A stretch of DNA of 64,000 bases from contig CAVSGM010000001.1 in NCBI GenBank assembly GCA_963727485.1, positions 96,001 through 160,000 on the forward strand, in the 5' to 3' direction. The position numbers and the translations under genes were made by a program. How positions within the stretch are numbered: the first letter of the stretch is position 1; the number at the start of each line of letters is the position of its first letter. Origin of the DNA: an uncultured delta proteobacterium (lineage in GTDB: Bacteria; Myxococcota; Myxococcia; SLRQ01). Positions 49,250-58,636 of the stretch are shown here, piece after piece. Under the pieces are notes generated by a model. It searched no databases and was not told the DNA's origin. It was given only the letters and a program-made list of their open reading frames with translations.

Positions 49250-49585
49250 CCCCCGGGAGCCTGGCCGGCGGCGAGGAGGGGCCGGTAGAGCCGGTCGAGC
49301 TCGACGACGGCGTCGAGGTCGGCCCGGGTGATCACCCGGTGCCGCGCGCCGGCCAGGCGCGCCTGGAGCCCGTGGAGCGCCGCGTAGCCGCGCTGCTCGT
49401 GGAGCTCGAGGTGGCAGGTGGGGTGGAAGGCCACCGGCCGGCCGCCGCGGCGCTCGGACCACAGGCGAAGGGCGATCTGCTGGGCCATGGTCCCCGACGG
49501 CATGAACACCGCCGCCGGCTTGCCCAGGAAGGTCGCCACCTCGCGCTCCAGGTCCTCGATGAGGGCGCCTTTGCCGTAGACGTCG
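49246..49585 (-). pseudogene. ltaE: Truncated, internally deleted duplicate of ltaE
   Basis: 49299-49585 matches 44589-44875 with about 5 mismatches in 287 nt and is fused to a copy of the ltaE 3' end; 636-bp deletion; 5' end missing. Confidence 0.92.
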
Positions 49586-49597
49586 AGCCCGGTCCGG

Positions 49598-50728
49598 TTA
49601 CCCGGCGGGCGCGGCGACCAGGCGCTCGGCGAGCAGCGCCACCCCGGCCAGCGAGGCGATGGCCTCGCCGAGGTTGGGGGCGGCGAGGGCGTGGCCGCCG
49701 TCGATCCGGGCGGCGAGGCGCGCGAGCAGCGCCCGGTCGCGCTCGGCGAGTCGGTGCTCGGTGTCGGCGAGCGCCGCCAGCTTGGCCAGCGCCGCGCGCA
49801 GGGCGCCCGGCGCCGCCGCCGGCGCCTCGGCGCGCTCGAGCTCGCTCGCGTAGGCCCAGCTGCGGTTGAGGACGTAGCCGGCCACCGGGAGCGCGAGGCC
49901 CTCGAGCTTCGCCCGGAAGAACTCCGCCTCGGCGAGCGCCGAGGGGTCGGCGCTGGTGACCAGCACGAAGGTGGCGTCGTCCGAGCCGAGGAGGGTGCGC
50001 ACCTCCTCGGCGTGGCGGCGCACCGCCTGGAAGAGGTGCGAGAGCGCCTCCACCAGGGCCTGGAGATCGGTGAAGAAGGTGGCCCCGAAGACCCGGGTGA
50101 AGATCTTCTGCACCAGCCGCTGCACCCGGCCGAAGAGGCCCCGCGACGCCCCGGGCAGGAAGATGCCGATGACCTTCTCGTCGAGGAGCACGGCCAGCTT
50201 GCGCGGGGCGTCGAGGAAGTCGAGGGCGTTGCGCGACGGCGGGGTGTCGAGGATCACCAGGTCGTAGTCGTGGTCGCTTGTCGCCTGGTGGAGTGCCTCC
50301 GCGGCGGTGTACTCCTGCAGCCCGATGACCATCTCCGAGAAGTGGCCGTAGAGGGGGTTCTGGAGGACGCGCTCGACCTGGGCCTCGTCGTCGGAGAGGC
50401 GGCGGATGAGGCCCTCGACGATGGCCTTGGGATCGATCATCCAGGCGTGGAGCTCACCGTCGAGGTGGAGGCCCGCTTCCGCGAGGCGCTCGGCGGGGAC
50501 CGGCGCCGGGGCGTCGCAGTGCTCGGGCGAGATGCCCAGCGCCTCGGCGAGGCGCCGCGCCGGGTCGATGGTGAGGACCAGGGTCCGCCGGCCCATCCGC
50601 GCGCCGGCGAGCGCCAGGGCCGCCGAGGTGGTGGTCTTGCCCACGCCGCCGGCGCCGCAGCAGACGACGACGCGCTTGTCCTGGAGCAGGGGCGCCAGGA
50701 AGGTCGGGTCGGGGGCGGCGCCGGTCAT
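49598..50728 (-). CDS. ArsA/Get3-family ATPase (subunit 2)
   Basis: CGAGGVGKTT, LTIDPARRLA, LDTPPSRNALDFLDAP. Confidence 0.9.
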   Translation of the reverse strand: MTGAAPDPTFLAPLLQDKRVVVCCGAGGVGKTTTSAALALAGARMGRRTLVLTIDPARRLAEALGISPEHCDAPAPVPAERLAEAGLHLDGELHAWMIDPKAIVEGLIRRLSDDEAQVERVLQNPLYGHFSEMVIGLQEYTAAEALHQATSDHDYDLVILDTPPSRNALDFLDAPRKLAVLLDEKVIGIFLPGASRGLFGRVQRLVQKIFTRVFGATFFTDLQALVEALSHLFQAVRRHAEEVRTLLGSDDATFVLVTSADPSALAEAEFFRAKLEGLALPVAGYVLNRSWAYASELERAEAPAAAPGALRAALAKLAALADTEHRLAERDRALLARLAARIDGGHALAAPNLGEAIASLAGVALLAERLVAAPAG

Positions 50729-51666
50729 GGGGCGGCAGGCTCGGGCTCGCGGTCGCCGAGGAGGGCCCGGGCGAGGTCGACGGGCGCGGCCATCCCCGCC
50801 TCCAGGGACTCCTCCAGGGTGAGCAGCGGCAGGGAGAGCTCGTGGCCCAGGCGCTTCAGCGCGGCCCGGCCGGCGTCGATGCGCTCGAGGGTCCGGGCGC
50901 CCAGGTGGGGCCCATGCTCGGCGAGGAAGCGATCGACCAGGTGGCGCTCCTCGCCCACGAAGGGATCGGCGGCGACCCGGTTGACCACCAGCCCGGCCAC
51001 CGGGAGGTCGGCGTCGAGGAGGCCCCGGGTGAGCTCGATGGACTCGCTCACCGGGAGCTGCTCCGGGAGGGTGACCACCACCGCGGCGGTGCGCTCGGGA
51101 TCGGTGACCAGCGCCAGGCCCTCGCGCAGCGCCTTCCCCACCGGCCCGCCGGGGACCATCTTGAGGAGCGCCGCGGGGAAGCGGGCGAAGGCCAGGGCGT
51201 GGCCGGTGGCGGGGAGGTCGACGATGAGCAGCTCGTGCTCGGGGGTGCCGTCCCGGCGCGCTTGCCGGACCAGGTCGAGGAAGCGGTAGAGGACGCCCAT
51301 CTCGGCGAAGGTCGGCGCCGCCAGGAGGAACGCCCGGATGGCCTTGGCGCGCAGGGCCGCGCTGACCAGGAGCCGCGCCTTGAGGGTGTCCTCGAGGAAG
51401 CGCCGATGGCCGGCGGTGGGGGTGAGCAGGACGAACTGGATCCCCTCGGTGATGCGCATGGGCTCCGGCCCCACCGGCCCCTCGTAGCCCAGCGCCCGGG
51501 CCAGCGGCGAGTCGGTCTCGCCCTCGGCGGCGACCTCGGCGCACAGCACCCGCTTGCCCTGGCTGGCCGCGGCCCGGGCGAGGGTGGCCGAGAGGGTGGT
51601 CTTGCCCACGCCGCCCTTGCCGGTGACCAGGACGGCGCGCTTGTCGAAGAGCTCCGAGAGCTTCAC
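50725..51666 (-). CDS. ArsA/Get3-family ATPase (subunit 1)
   Basis: GKGGVGKTT, VDLPATGHA, VTLPEQLPVSES, VVNR; GTG start 51666. Confidence 0.88.
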   Translation of the reverse strand: MKLSELFDKRAVLVTGKGGVGKTTLSATLARAAASQGKRVLCAEVAAEGETDSPLARALGYEGPVGPEPMRITEGIQFVLLTPTAGHRRFLEDTLKARLLVSAALRAKAIRAFLLAAPTFAEMGVLYRFLDLVRQARRDGTPEHELLIVDLPATGHALAFARFPAALLKMVPGGPVGKALREGLALVTDPERTAAVVVTLPEQLPVSESIELTRGLLDADLPVAGLVVNRVAADPFVGEERHLVDRFLAEHGPHLGARTLERIDAGRAALKRLGHELSLPLLTLEESLEAGMAAPVDLARALLGDREPEPAAP

Positions 51667-52147
51667 TGGTTGGCGACCTGCTGCTCCACGTCGTGGATCA
51701 TCGCCAGGACCCGGGCGTTGGCGGCGAGGATCGCCTTGGCGGCGTCGGGGCAGCGGTTGGCGAACGCCCGAGCGAGCTTCCCCTCGGGCCCCGCGAGGGC
51801 CTGGCTCTCGCTCAGATCTTCCCCATCTCGGGCCGCGCAAGCTTCACCGCCCGGGTCACGTCCTCGGGGGTGATATTGGCCAGCAGCTTCTTGAGCTCGG
51901 TGGTCTTGGGCTCGAGGGTCTTGCCCTGGGCGTCCACGAAGGACACCACCGAGCGCTTCGCGTCGGCGCAGGCGGGCTTCGGGGCCAGCCGCTTCTGGAT
52001 GCCCTGGATGATGGTGAGCTGGGCCTGGGACACGGCCACCATGAGGTCGGCGGTGCGCTTCGCCTTGTCGGGGGCGTGGTGGCAGCCGGCCAGCGAGACG
52101 GTGGCGAGGACGAGGGCGACGGGGGCGATCCGGCGGCGGCGGGTCAT
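51663..52147 (-). CDS. Small helical lipoprotein; 1-bp frameshift near 51814
   Basis: LAGC lipobox; colinear with the 52234-52707 paralog (PACADAKRSVV ... RCPDAAKA) once one base is restored; stop overlaps the ArsA start. Confidence 0.65.
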
Positions 52148-52233
52148 GTCCCCGAGCCTACCAGAGCCACCGTGACCCCGACCGCCATTCTGGGGACCCG
52201 GAGGGCGCGCGCGTGCCCGGCGCGCCGCGCGGG

Positions 52234-52707
52234 TCAACGGTGTCCGGTCTGCCCCTTCGCGGCCTGGATCATGTCCACGAAGCGCTGGTCCGCTGCCTGG
52301 ACGGCCTTGGCGGCGTCGGGGCACCGGTGCTCGAAGGCGAGGAACCGCTGCCGCGCCGGTCCCGAGAGGTCGTGCATCTGCGTGCGGACCTTCTGGAGCA
52401 CGGGCCCCGCGAGCTTGCCCGCGTGGAAGGACTCCCGGTCGGTGAGGCTGGCGAGCAGCCCCCCGAGCTCCCGGGTGCTGGGCTCCAGCGCCTTGCGCTG
52501 GGCGTCGATGTAGGCGACCACCGAGCGTCTGGCGTCGTCGCAGGCGGGCCTCTTGGCGAGCCGCGCCTGGGTCCCCTTCAGCTCCGTGAGCTCGGCGTTG
52601 GCCACGGCCCCCAGAAGGTGGGCCACGCGCTTGGGCTTGCTCCGGTGGCAGCCGGCGGCGAAGACGAGGACCAGGGCGAGGGGCACGAGGAGACCGGGAC
52701 GGGACAT
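52234..52707 (-). CDS. Small helical lipoprotein (paralog)
   Basis: AAGC lipobox; PACDDARRSVV ... RCPDAAKA. Confidence 0.7.
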   Translation of the reverse strand: MSRPGLLVPLALVLVFAAGCHRSKPKRVAHLLGAVANAELTELKGTQARLAKRPACDDARRSVVAYIDAQRKALEPSTRELGGLLASLTDRESFHAGKLAGPVLQKVRTQMHDLSGPARQRFLAFEHRCPDAAKAVQAADQRFVDMIQAAKGQTGHR

Positions 52708-52971
52708 GGGGGGATCGTAGCAGAGCCGGCGCCGGTCCCCCCTCGGACTCCGTGACCGGCACGCACTCCGAGTCCAAGGTCGCTCCGGTGGCGGCCGGCC
52801 GGGGCACCCTCCGCCTCACGCACGCCTGGACCCGCCAGGGTCTGGCGCCCCCTTACCATCCCCCCCCGGGTCCCGCTGAACCCTTGCTCAGCGTCCCTCG
52901 CCCATGACACGATTCCGTCACGGTTCCGTGCGCCGGGGGCCACCTACGCTTGACCATCGTGGGGTCACGCC

Positions 52972-54153
52972 ATGACCTTCCACCAGCTCATACTCGCCGT
53001 CGCCGTCTTCTCGGTCGGCGTCCACGTCCTGATGATGGCCAGCTTCCTGTGGCTGACCTGGCGCGCGAAGCGTGAGCCAGCGCGGCCGGCGGCCCTGGGA
53101 CGGGTGTCGATCCTCAAGCCGCTGGCCGGCGCCGACGAAGACCTCGAGGCGAACCTCGAGTCCTTCGCCCACCTCGAGGGCGCCGACTACGAGGTCCTCC
53201 TCGGCGTCGCCAGCCTCGACGACCCGGCGGTCCCCCTGGCCCGGCGCTTCCTCCTGCGCCACCCGACCCTCCACGCGCGCCTGGTCCTCACCGACCCCGG
53301 CGCCGCCCTGAACCCCAAGGTGGCCCAGCTCCTGGCGCTTCAAGAGGCGGCGGTGGGCGAGGTCTTCGTGATCTCCGACTCCAACGTCCGGGTGCCGCCC
53401 GACTACCTCATGCAACTGATGGGCGAGCTCGCCCGCCCCGGCGTGGGCCTGGTCTCCAGCGTCCTCGCGGGCACCGGCGAGACCACCTTCGCCGCCGCGG
53501 TGGAGAACCTCTTCATCGCCACCCACGTCGCCCCCGGCGTGGTCTCCGCCGCCCGGGTCGCCGGCCGCCCCATCAGCATGGGCAAGTCCATGGCCATGCG
53601 CCGGGTGGACCTCGCCCGCACCGGCGGCTTCGAGGCGGTGGCGAATCTTCTCGCCGAGGACCACGCCCTGGGCCGCCGCTTCCACGCCTGCGGCATGGGC
53701 GTGCGGGTGTGCCTCAAGCCGGTGGAGAACCGCAACGTCACCGGGAAGCTCAGCCGCACCCTCGATCGCCACACCCGCTGGGCCCAGATCCGAAGGACCA
53801 TGGCCCCCACCGGGCTCTTCTTCGAGCCGCTTCTGATGCCGGCGCTGGTGGTGCCGCTGCTGGCGTTCCTCTCGCCGTCCCGGCCGCTGGCCTGGCTGGC
53901 CCTGGGGTCGGTGGTGGTCCGAATCCTCGACGCCCAGCTCTCGCTCAAGGTCCTCCGGGGCCGGGCCCAGCCCCTGAAGCTCTGGCCCCTGGAGCTTCTG
54001 CGCAGCCTGATGATGGCGTGGTGCTGGGTGCGGGCCTGGTCGACCCTGCGGGTCGAGTGGCGCGGCCACCAGCTGCGCATCGGGAAGGACACGCTGCTCC
54101 TGCCCGCCGGCCCCCGGACCCTCGACCGGGTCCTGGCCCTCGTCCGCGGCTAG
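52972..54153 (+). CDS. GT21/GT2 ceramide glucosyltransferase (HpnI-like)
   Basis: N-terminal TM, VSILKPLAG, NPKV, ISDSN, LAEDH, RHTRW, C-terminal VEWRG. Confidence 0.82.
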   Translation: MTFHQLILAVAVFSVGVHVLMMASFLWLTWRAKREPARPAALGRVSILKPLAGADEDLEANLESFAHLEGADYEVLLGVASLDDPAVPLARRFLLRHPTLHARLVLTDPGAALNPKVAQLLALQEAAVGEVFVISDSNVRVPPDYLMQLMGELARPGVGLVSSVLAGTGETTFAAAVENLFIATHVAPGVVSAARVAGRPISMGKSMAMRRVDLARTGGFEAVANLLAEDHALGRRFHACGMGVRVCLKPVENRNVTGKLSRTLDRHTRWAQIRRTMAPTGLFFEPLLMPALVVPLLAFLSPSRPLAWLALGSVVVRILDAQLSLKVLRGRAQPLKLWPLELLRSLMMAWCWVRAWSTLRVEWRGHQLRIGKDTLLLPAGPRTLDRVLALVRG

Positions 54154-54169
54154 GGCGCGGCCGGCGGCC

Positions 54170-54401
54170 TCAGGCGCCGCCGCGGCCGACGGTCCACAGC
54201 ACCCCCCGGGCGATGAGCAGCGCCCAGGGCGTGCCGTGCATCACCAGGTCGAACCAGTCGATGGGCCTCACCAGCTTCCCGGTGAAGAGCATCCGCAGCT
54301 TCTCCACCACGTGGGGCTCGGGGAAGAAGGGCGCCAGGCCCAGGGTGAGGCAGGCGACGAGGAGGAGCCCCCAGGGGAGTGATTCGAATCCAGGCAGTCA
54401 C
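54170..54401 (-). CDS. Small conserved two-TM membrane protein; 1-bp frameshift near 54389; missed by the ORF track
   Basis: Manual translation gives ..LPWGLLLVACLTLGLAPFFPEPHVVEKLRMLFTGKLVRPIDWFDLVMHGTPWALL..; AGGAG SD before GTG 54401. Confidence 0.7.
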
Positions 54402-54403
54402 CG

Positions 54404-56527
54404 CTATCTCCTAAGCAGCCAGCCCTCGGCGACCAGCGCCAGGACCGCGAGGACGAGGAACCAGGTCCACAGGGGCCGGCTGCCGTCGGGGCCGTCGCCC
54501 CCCTCGAGGCCCGCGAGCGCCGGCGCCGGAGCCACCGCCTTCCCCCCGAGGTGGGCCACCAGGTCGGCCATCGGCAGCCGCGAGGTGTCCGACTCCCGGG
54601 GGTCGGTGATCACCACGAAGCCGTCCTCGGGGACCGGCTCCAGGGCGCCTCCGGCGTGGCGGCGCACCAGGACCTGGTAGAGGCCCGGGCGCGTGGTGTG
54701 GTCATAGGTGAGGGCCTTCGCCTCGAGCGCCTGGCCCTTGAACCCGGTCTCGTGGCCGGCGGGATCGCGCACCACCACCTCGGTGACCGCGGCTGGGACC
54801 TTGAGGGTGGCCCGCTGCCCCACCATCAGGGTGGTGTCCCGGCGCTCGTCGAGGCTCCGGGCGAGGAAGCCGGCGACCTGCTGCATCATCGGCAGGAAGG
54901 CGGTGCGGATGGGCAGGTCGGTCCAGGCCCGGTCCACGGTGCTGGTGTAGAGGATGACGCGGCCGCGACCAAAGGGCCGGTAGAGCAGCGCCGGCGAGCC
55001 GTCCTCGTAGGTGGCGAGGATCTCGGTGTCCTTCGGGGGCGGGCGCACCATCAGGTACTTCTGGAACCGCGCCGAGGCGAAGCTCTCCCGGGCGTCGCCC
55101 ACGAAGACGCTGAAGATCGGGTGGTTCCAGCGCACCGCCGCCAGCGCCGTCTCCCCGCCGTCGGCGGCGCGCACCACGTGGAAGCGCGCCGGCAGGAGGT
55201 CGCCCAGCGCCTCGTTCCAGGCGTCGGGGTCGACGTTGTCCCCGGCCGAGACGAAGAGCCCCCCGCCCCCCTGGACGAAGCGCTGGAGCGCCGCGACCTT
55301 GGACGGGGGCACCGCGTGGACGTTGAGCAGGAGCACCAGGTCGTAGTCGGCGAGCTTGGTGGAGGCCAGAGCGTCGACGTCGACCACCGTGGGGCGGATG
55401 GCGCTGGCGCTCCCCCGGCCGGGCTGGAGGGCCCGCTCCACGAAGAACACCTCGTCCTGGTAGCGATCGACGCTGGGGGCCCCGTCGACCACCAGGGCCT
55501 TGAGGTCGCGCTTGACGTAGACGGTGAACGGCCGGCTGTCGTCGGCGGGGAGCCGGTCACCGTCGAGCTTCACCGCCCCGGCGACGTCGCCCCCCCGGCC
55601 GAAGTCGTGGGAGAGGGTCTTGCGGGCGGTGCCGTCGCGGGTGAGATCCACGAAGCCCCGGGAGAGGACCTTGCCCGAGGCGTCGAGGGTCGCCGAGAGG
55701 TTGGTGGCCGAGGCGCCGCCGCTCGCCCGCACCGTGAAGGCGAAGGAGTACCCCTTGGGCCCCAGGGCGAAGGCGGGCTCCACCTCGAGGCTGTCGATCC
55801 ACCGGTTGGGCAGGGGCTGGCCGTCGGCGGCGTCCACCACCTCCACCGCGGGCTTCACCGGGCCCTTGGGGGTGGTGACCCGCGGCGGCGGGGTGTCGAG
55901 GCGCCAGCCGCTGGCGGTGAGGTCGGTGACCACCACCAGGCGCTTGCCCGAGAGCGGCGAGCCCGAGAGCACCCGGGTCGCCGCGCCAACGCAGGCGTCC
56001 ATGTCCGTGCTCTGGAAGGTGAGGGATGCCTGGCGGATGTTGGCCCGCGCCCCGGCGAGGTCGTAGGTGGCCTGGGGGATCGGCCGGTGCCAGCCGTCGG
56101 CGCAGGGGAGCACCGCCACGGTGTCCTCGGGGGAGAGGTCCGAGACCAGGCGCAGGGCCTTCTGCTTCCCCCGGTCGAGGAGGGTCCGGTTGCCGAGGCG
56201 GTAGCCCATGGACATCGAGGTGTCGAGGACCACCGCCACCGCCGTGGGCCCATGGGTGGCCGCCTGGGCCACCTGCCCCTTGGGCGCGAGGAACGGCCGC
56301 GCCAGGGCCAGGGGCACCACCAGGCACAGGAGGGTGCGCAGGAGCAGGAGCAGCAGCCGGCGCAGCCGGAGCTTGCGGGCGTTTCGCTGCTGGGAGCGGA
56401 GCACCAGGGCGATGGCGGCGAACTGAACCGTCCGGGCCCGGCGCCGGTTGATGAGGTGGATGACGATCGGCACCGCGGCCAGCGCGGTGCCGAAGAGGAA
56501 CGCCGGGTGGAGGAACCCCAGCGACAC
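54404..56527 (-). CDS. BatA N-terminal + VWA domain membrane protein
   Basis: FLHPAFL..VPIVIHLINRRR..F.A..LLLLLR..ALARP (BatA), DTSMSM MIDAS, VTD, C-terminal TM ..EGWL. Confidence 0.88.
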   Translation of the reverse strand: MSLGFLHPAFLFGTALAAVPIVIHLINRRRARTVQFAAIALVLRSQQRNARKLRLRRLLLLLLRTLLCLVVPLALARPFLAPKGQVAQAATHGPTAVAVVLDTSMSMGYRLGNRTLLDRGKQKALRLVSDLSPEDTVAVLPCADGWHRPIPQATYDLAGARANIRQASLTFQSTDMDACVGAATRVLSGSPLSGKRLVVVTDLTASGWRLDTPPPRVTTPKGPVKPAVEVVDAADGQPLPNRWIDSLEVEPAFALGPKGYSFAFTVRASGGASATNLSATLDASGKVLSRGFVDLTRDGTARKTLSHDFGRGGDVAGAVKLDGDRLPADDSRPFTVYVKRDLKALVVDGAPSVDRYQDEVFFVERALQPGRGSASAIRPTVVDVDALASTKLADYDLVLLLNVHAVPPSKVAALQRFVQGGGGLFVSAGDNVDPDAWNEALGDLLPARFHVVRAADGGETALAAVRWNHPIFSVFVGDARESFASARFQKYLMVRPPPKDTEILATYEDGSPALLYRPFGRGRVILYTSTVDRAWTDLPIRTAFLPMMQQVAGFLARSLDERRDTTLMVGQRATLKVPAAVTEVVVRDPAGHETGFKGQALEAKALTYDHTTRPGLYQVLVRRHAGGALEPVPEDGFVVITDPRESDTSRLPMADLVAHLGGKAVAPAPALAGLEGGDGPDGSRPLWTWFLVLAVLALVAEGWLLRR

Positions 56528-57460
56528 CTAGCGCCTCCCCCCGGCGGCCCGCCGGGCCAGGATTCCCACCAGCGCCTTGTCGTAGGGGGTGTCGGTGATC
56601 ACCTGCTCGTACTGCACGTCGGCCTCGCGCAGGGACTGCCGGGCGTGGTCGACGAAGCGCGCCACCTCCTCCCGGTAGCTCTCGCGGATCTGCAGGGGGT
56701 CGACCTGGAGGCGCCTGTCGTCCTCCATTCCCACGAAGAGGCTCGGGTCCTCGAAGGGGAACTCGAGCTCGGCGCGGTCGAGGAGGTGGACCACCATCAC
56801 GTCGTGCTTGCGCGCCCGCAGCCGGCGGATGGCCGAGAGGGTGGCGTCGTCGGGGTCGAGGAGGTCGGTGAACACGATGACCATCGCCCGGCGCCGCGCC
56901 CGCTCGGAGAGGAAGTCGACCGCCTTGGGCAGCGCGGTCTCGCCCTCGCCCCGGGCCCGCTCCAGGCACTGGAGCACCTCGTGGAGGTGGGCCGCCGACG
57001 AGCGCGCCGGGAGGTACTCGCGCACCCCACCGCCGTAGACCACCGTGCCCACCGCGTCGCTCTGGTTCACCAGCAGGTAGGCGAGCGACGCTGCCAGCAC
57101 CCGCGCGTACTCGAGCTTGTCCACCCCGTCGTGGGCGTAGGCCATGGACCTGGAGGCGTCGACCAGGAGGAAGGCCCGGAGGTTGGTCTCCTGCTCGTAC
57201 TGCTTGACGTAGTACTTGTCGAACTTGCCGTAGGCCTTCCAGTCGATGTGCCGGATCTCGTCGCCGGGGGCGTACTCCTTGTGCTCGGCGAACTCGATGG
57301 ACTGGCCGTGGTGGGGGCTCTTGTGGAGCCCCGAGAGCACCCCCTCGACCACCTGCCGGGCCTTGAGGTGCAGGGCCCCGAGCCGGGCCACCACCTCGGG
57401 TCGGAGGAGCGCGTCGCCCGCCGGACGGGGCGCCGGGGTGCTGCCGCCAGAGGCGCTCAT
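56528..57460 (-). CDS. DUF58 family protein
   Basis: G.HKSP..GQSIEFAEHKEYAPGDEIRHIDWK, DASRSM. Confidence 0.92.
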   Translation of the reverse strand: MSASGGSTPAPRPAGDALLRPEVVARLGALHLKARQVVEGVLSGLHKSPHHGQSIEFAEHKEYAPGDEIRHIDWKAYGKFDKYYVKQYEQETNLRAFLLVDASRSMAYAHDGVDKLEYARVLAASLAYLLVNQSDAVGTVVYGGGVREYLPARSSAAHLHEVLQCLERARGEGETALPKAVDFLSERARRRAMVIVFTDLLDPDDATLSAIRRLRARKHDVMVVHLLDRAELEFPFEDPSLFVGMEDDRRLQVDPLQIRESYREEVARFVDHARQSLREADVQYEQVITDTPYDKALVGILARRAAGGRR

Positions 57461-57464
57461 GGGC

Positions 57465-58484
57465 TCAAGGCCGGACGGTCTCGAGGAGCCGGGCGACCAG
57501 GTCCTTGGAGCTGACGCCCTCGGCCTCGGCGTGGAAGCTGGTGATCAGGCGGTGCTGGAGCACCGGCCTGGCCAGCGCCCGCACGTCGTCGATCTCCACC
57601 GCGGTGCGTCCGTGGAGGATCGCCCGGGCCTTGCCCGCGAGGATGAGGTACTGGCTGGCCCGGGGCCCGGCGCCCCAGGCGAGGAACTGGTTCACGTAGT
57701 CCGGGGCGCCCTCGGTCTTGGGCCGCGAGCGCCGCACCAGCTCCACCGCGTAGCGCACCACGTGGTCGGCGGCGGGGACCCGGAGCACCAGGTCCTGGTA
57801 CTCGACGATGTCCTGGGGCTCGAGGACCTTGGAGAGCACCGCCGACAGGGGCCCGGTGGTGCTCTTCACGATCTGCGCCTCCTCGTCCGCCGAGGGGTAG
57901 TCCACGTCGATCATGAACATGAACCGGTCGAGCTGCGCCTCGGGGAGCGGGTAGGTGCCCTCCTGCTCCACCGGGTTCTGGGTGGCGAAGACCAGGAACG
58001 GCGGCTCGAGATCATAGGTGTGCCCGCCGGCGGTGATCTTGCGCTCCTGCATCGCCTGGAGCAGCGCCGCCTGGGTCTTGGGCGGGGTCCGGTTGATCTC
58101 GTCGGCGAGGATGATGTGGGCGAAGAGCGGGCCCTTGACGAAGCGGAACACCCGGCGGCCGGTGGTGTGGTCCTCCTCGAGGACGTCGGTGCCGGTGATG
58201 TCCGAGGGCATCAGGTCGGGGGTGAACTGGATCCGGTTGAACGAGAGGTCCAGCGCCTCGGCCAGGGTCGAGATCAGGAGGGTCTTGGCCAGCCCCGGGA
58301 CGCCCACGAAGAGGCCGTGGCCCCGGGCGAAGAGCGCGATCAGGAGGTGCTCCACCACCTCCTGCTGGCCCACGATCCGCTTGCCGATCTCCGAGAGGAT
58401 CCGGGCGCGCGCCTCGGAGAGACGGGCGACCTTCTCCACGTCGTCGGGGGCGGCGGCGGGGGCAGGGGCGTCGGGCATCGTCAT
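57465..58484 (-). CDS. moxR: MoxR family AAA+ ATPase
   Basis: [69 protein letters not shown]. Confidence 0.95.
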   Translation of the reverse strand: MTMPDAPAPAAAPDDVEKVARLSEARARILSEIGKRIVGQQEVVEHLLIALFARGHGLFVGVPGLAKTLLISTLAEALDLSFNRIQFTPDLMPSDITGTDVLEEDHTTGRRVFRFVKGPLFAHIILADEINRTPPKTQAALLQAMQERKITAGGHTYDLEPPFLVFATQNPVEQEGTYPLPEAQLDRFMFMIDVDYPSADEEAQIVKSTTGPLSAVLSKVLEPQDIVEYQDLVLRVPAADHVVRYAVELVRRSRPKTEGAPDYVNQFLAWGAGPRASQYLILAGKARAILHGRTAVEIDDVRALARPVLQHRLITSFHAEAEGVSSKDLVARLLETVRP

Positions 58485-58636
58485 TCGGTCACCTCCGGGG
58501 CGCAACGGCGCGCTCTGGGAGCCTATTCCACTCCCCGGGGGCGTTGGAAGGCACGGCCGACGCCCCGGATTCCCGGGAGATCCCGCAACTTGGGGGCTTG
58601 ACCCGGGGTGGGTGGATGTCGTACCTCTCCCCACCC

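Noticed and set aside
44589..49585. Diversity-generating retroelement TR/VR pair
   Set aside because: The few mismatches are not confined to adenines of one template, there is no reverse transcriptase in the window, and the repeat is a housekeeping-gene fragment.
49598..51666. Arsenic resistance operon
   Set aside because: No arsB/acr3/arsC/arsR nearby and no evident metalloid-binding Cys set; the motifs fit the non-arsenic heterodimeric type.
52741..52780. Palindromic segment (ggactc..gagtcc) in a divergent intergenic region as an ncRNA
   Set aside because: Short stems are expected by chance at this GC content, and no known motif is recognisable.
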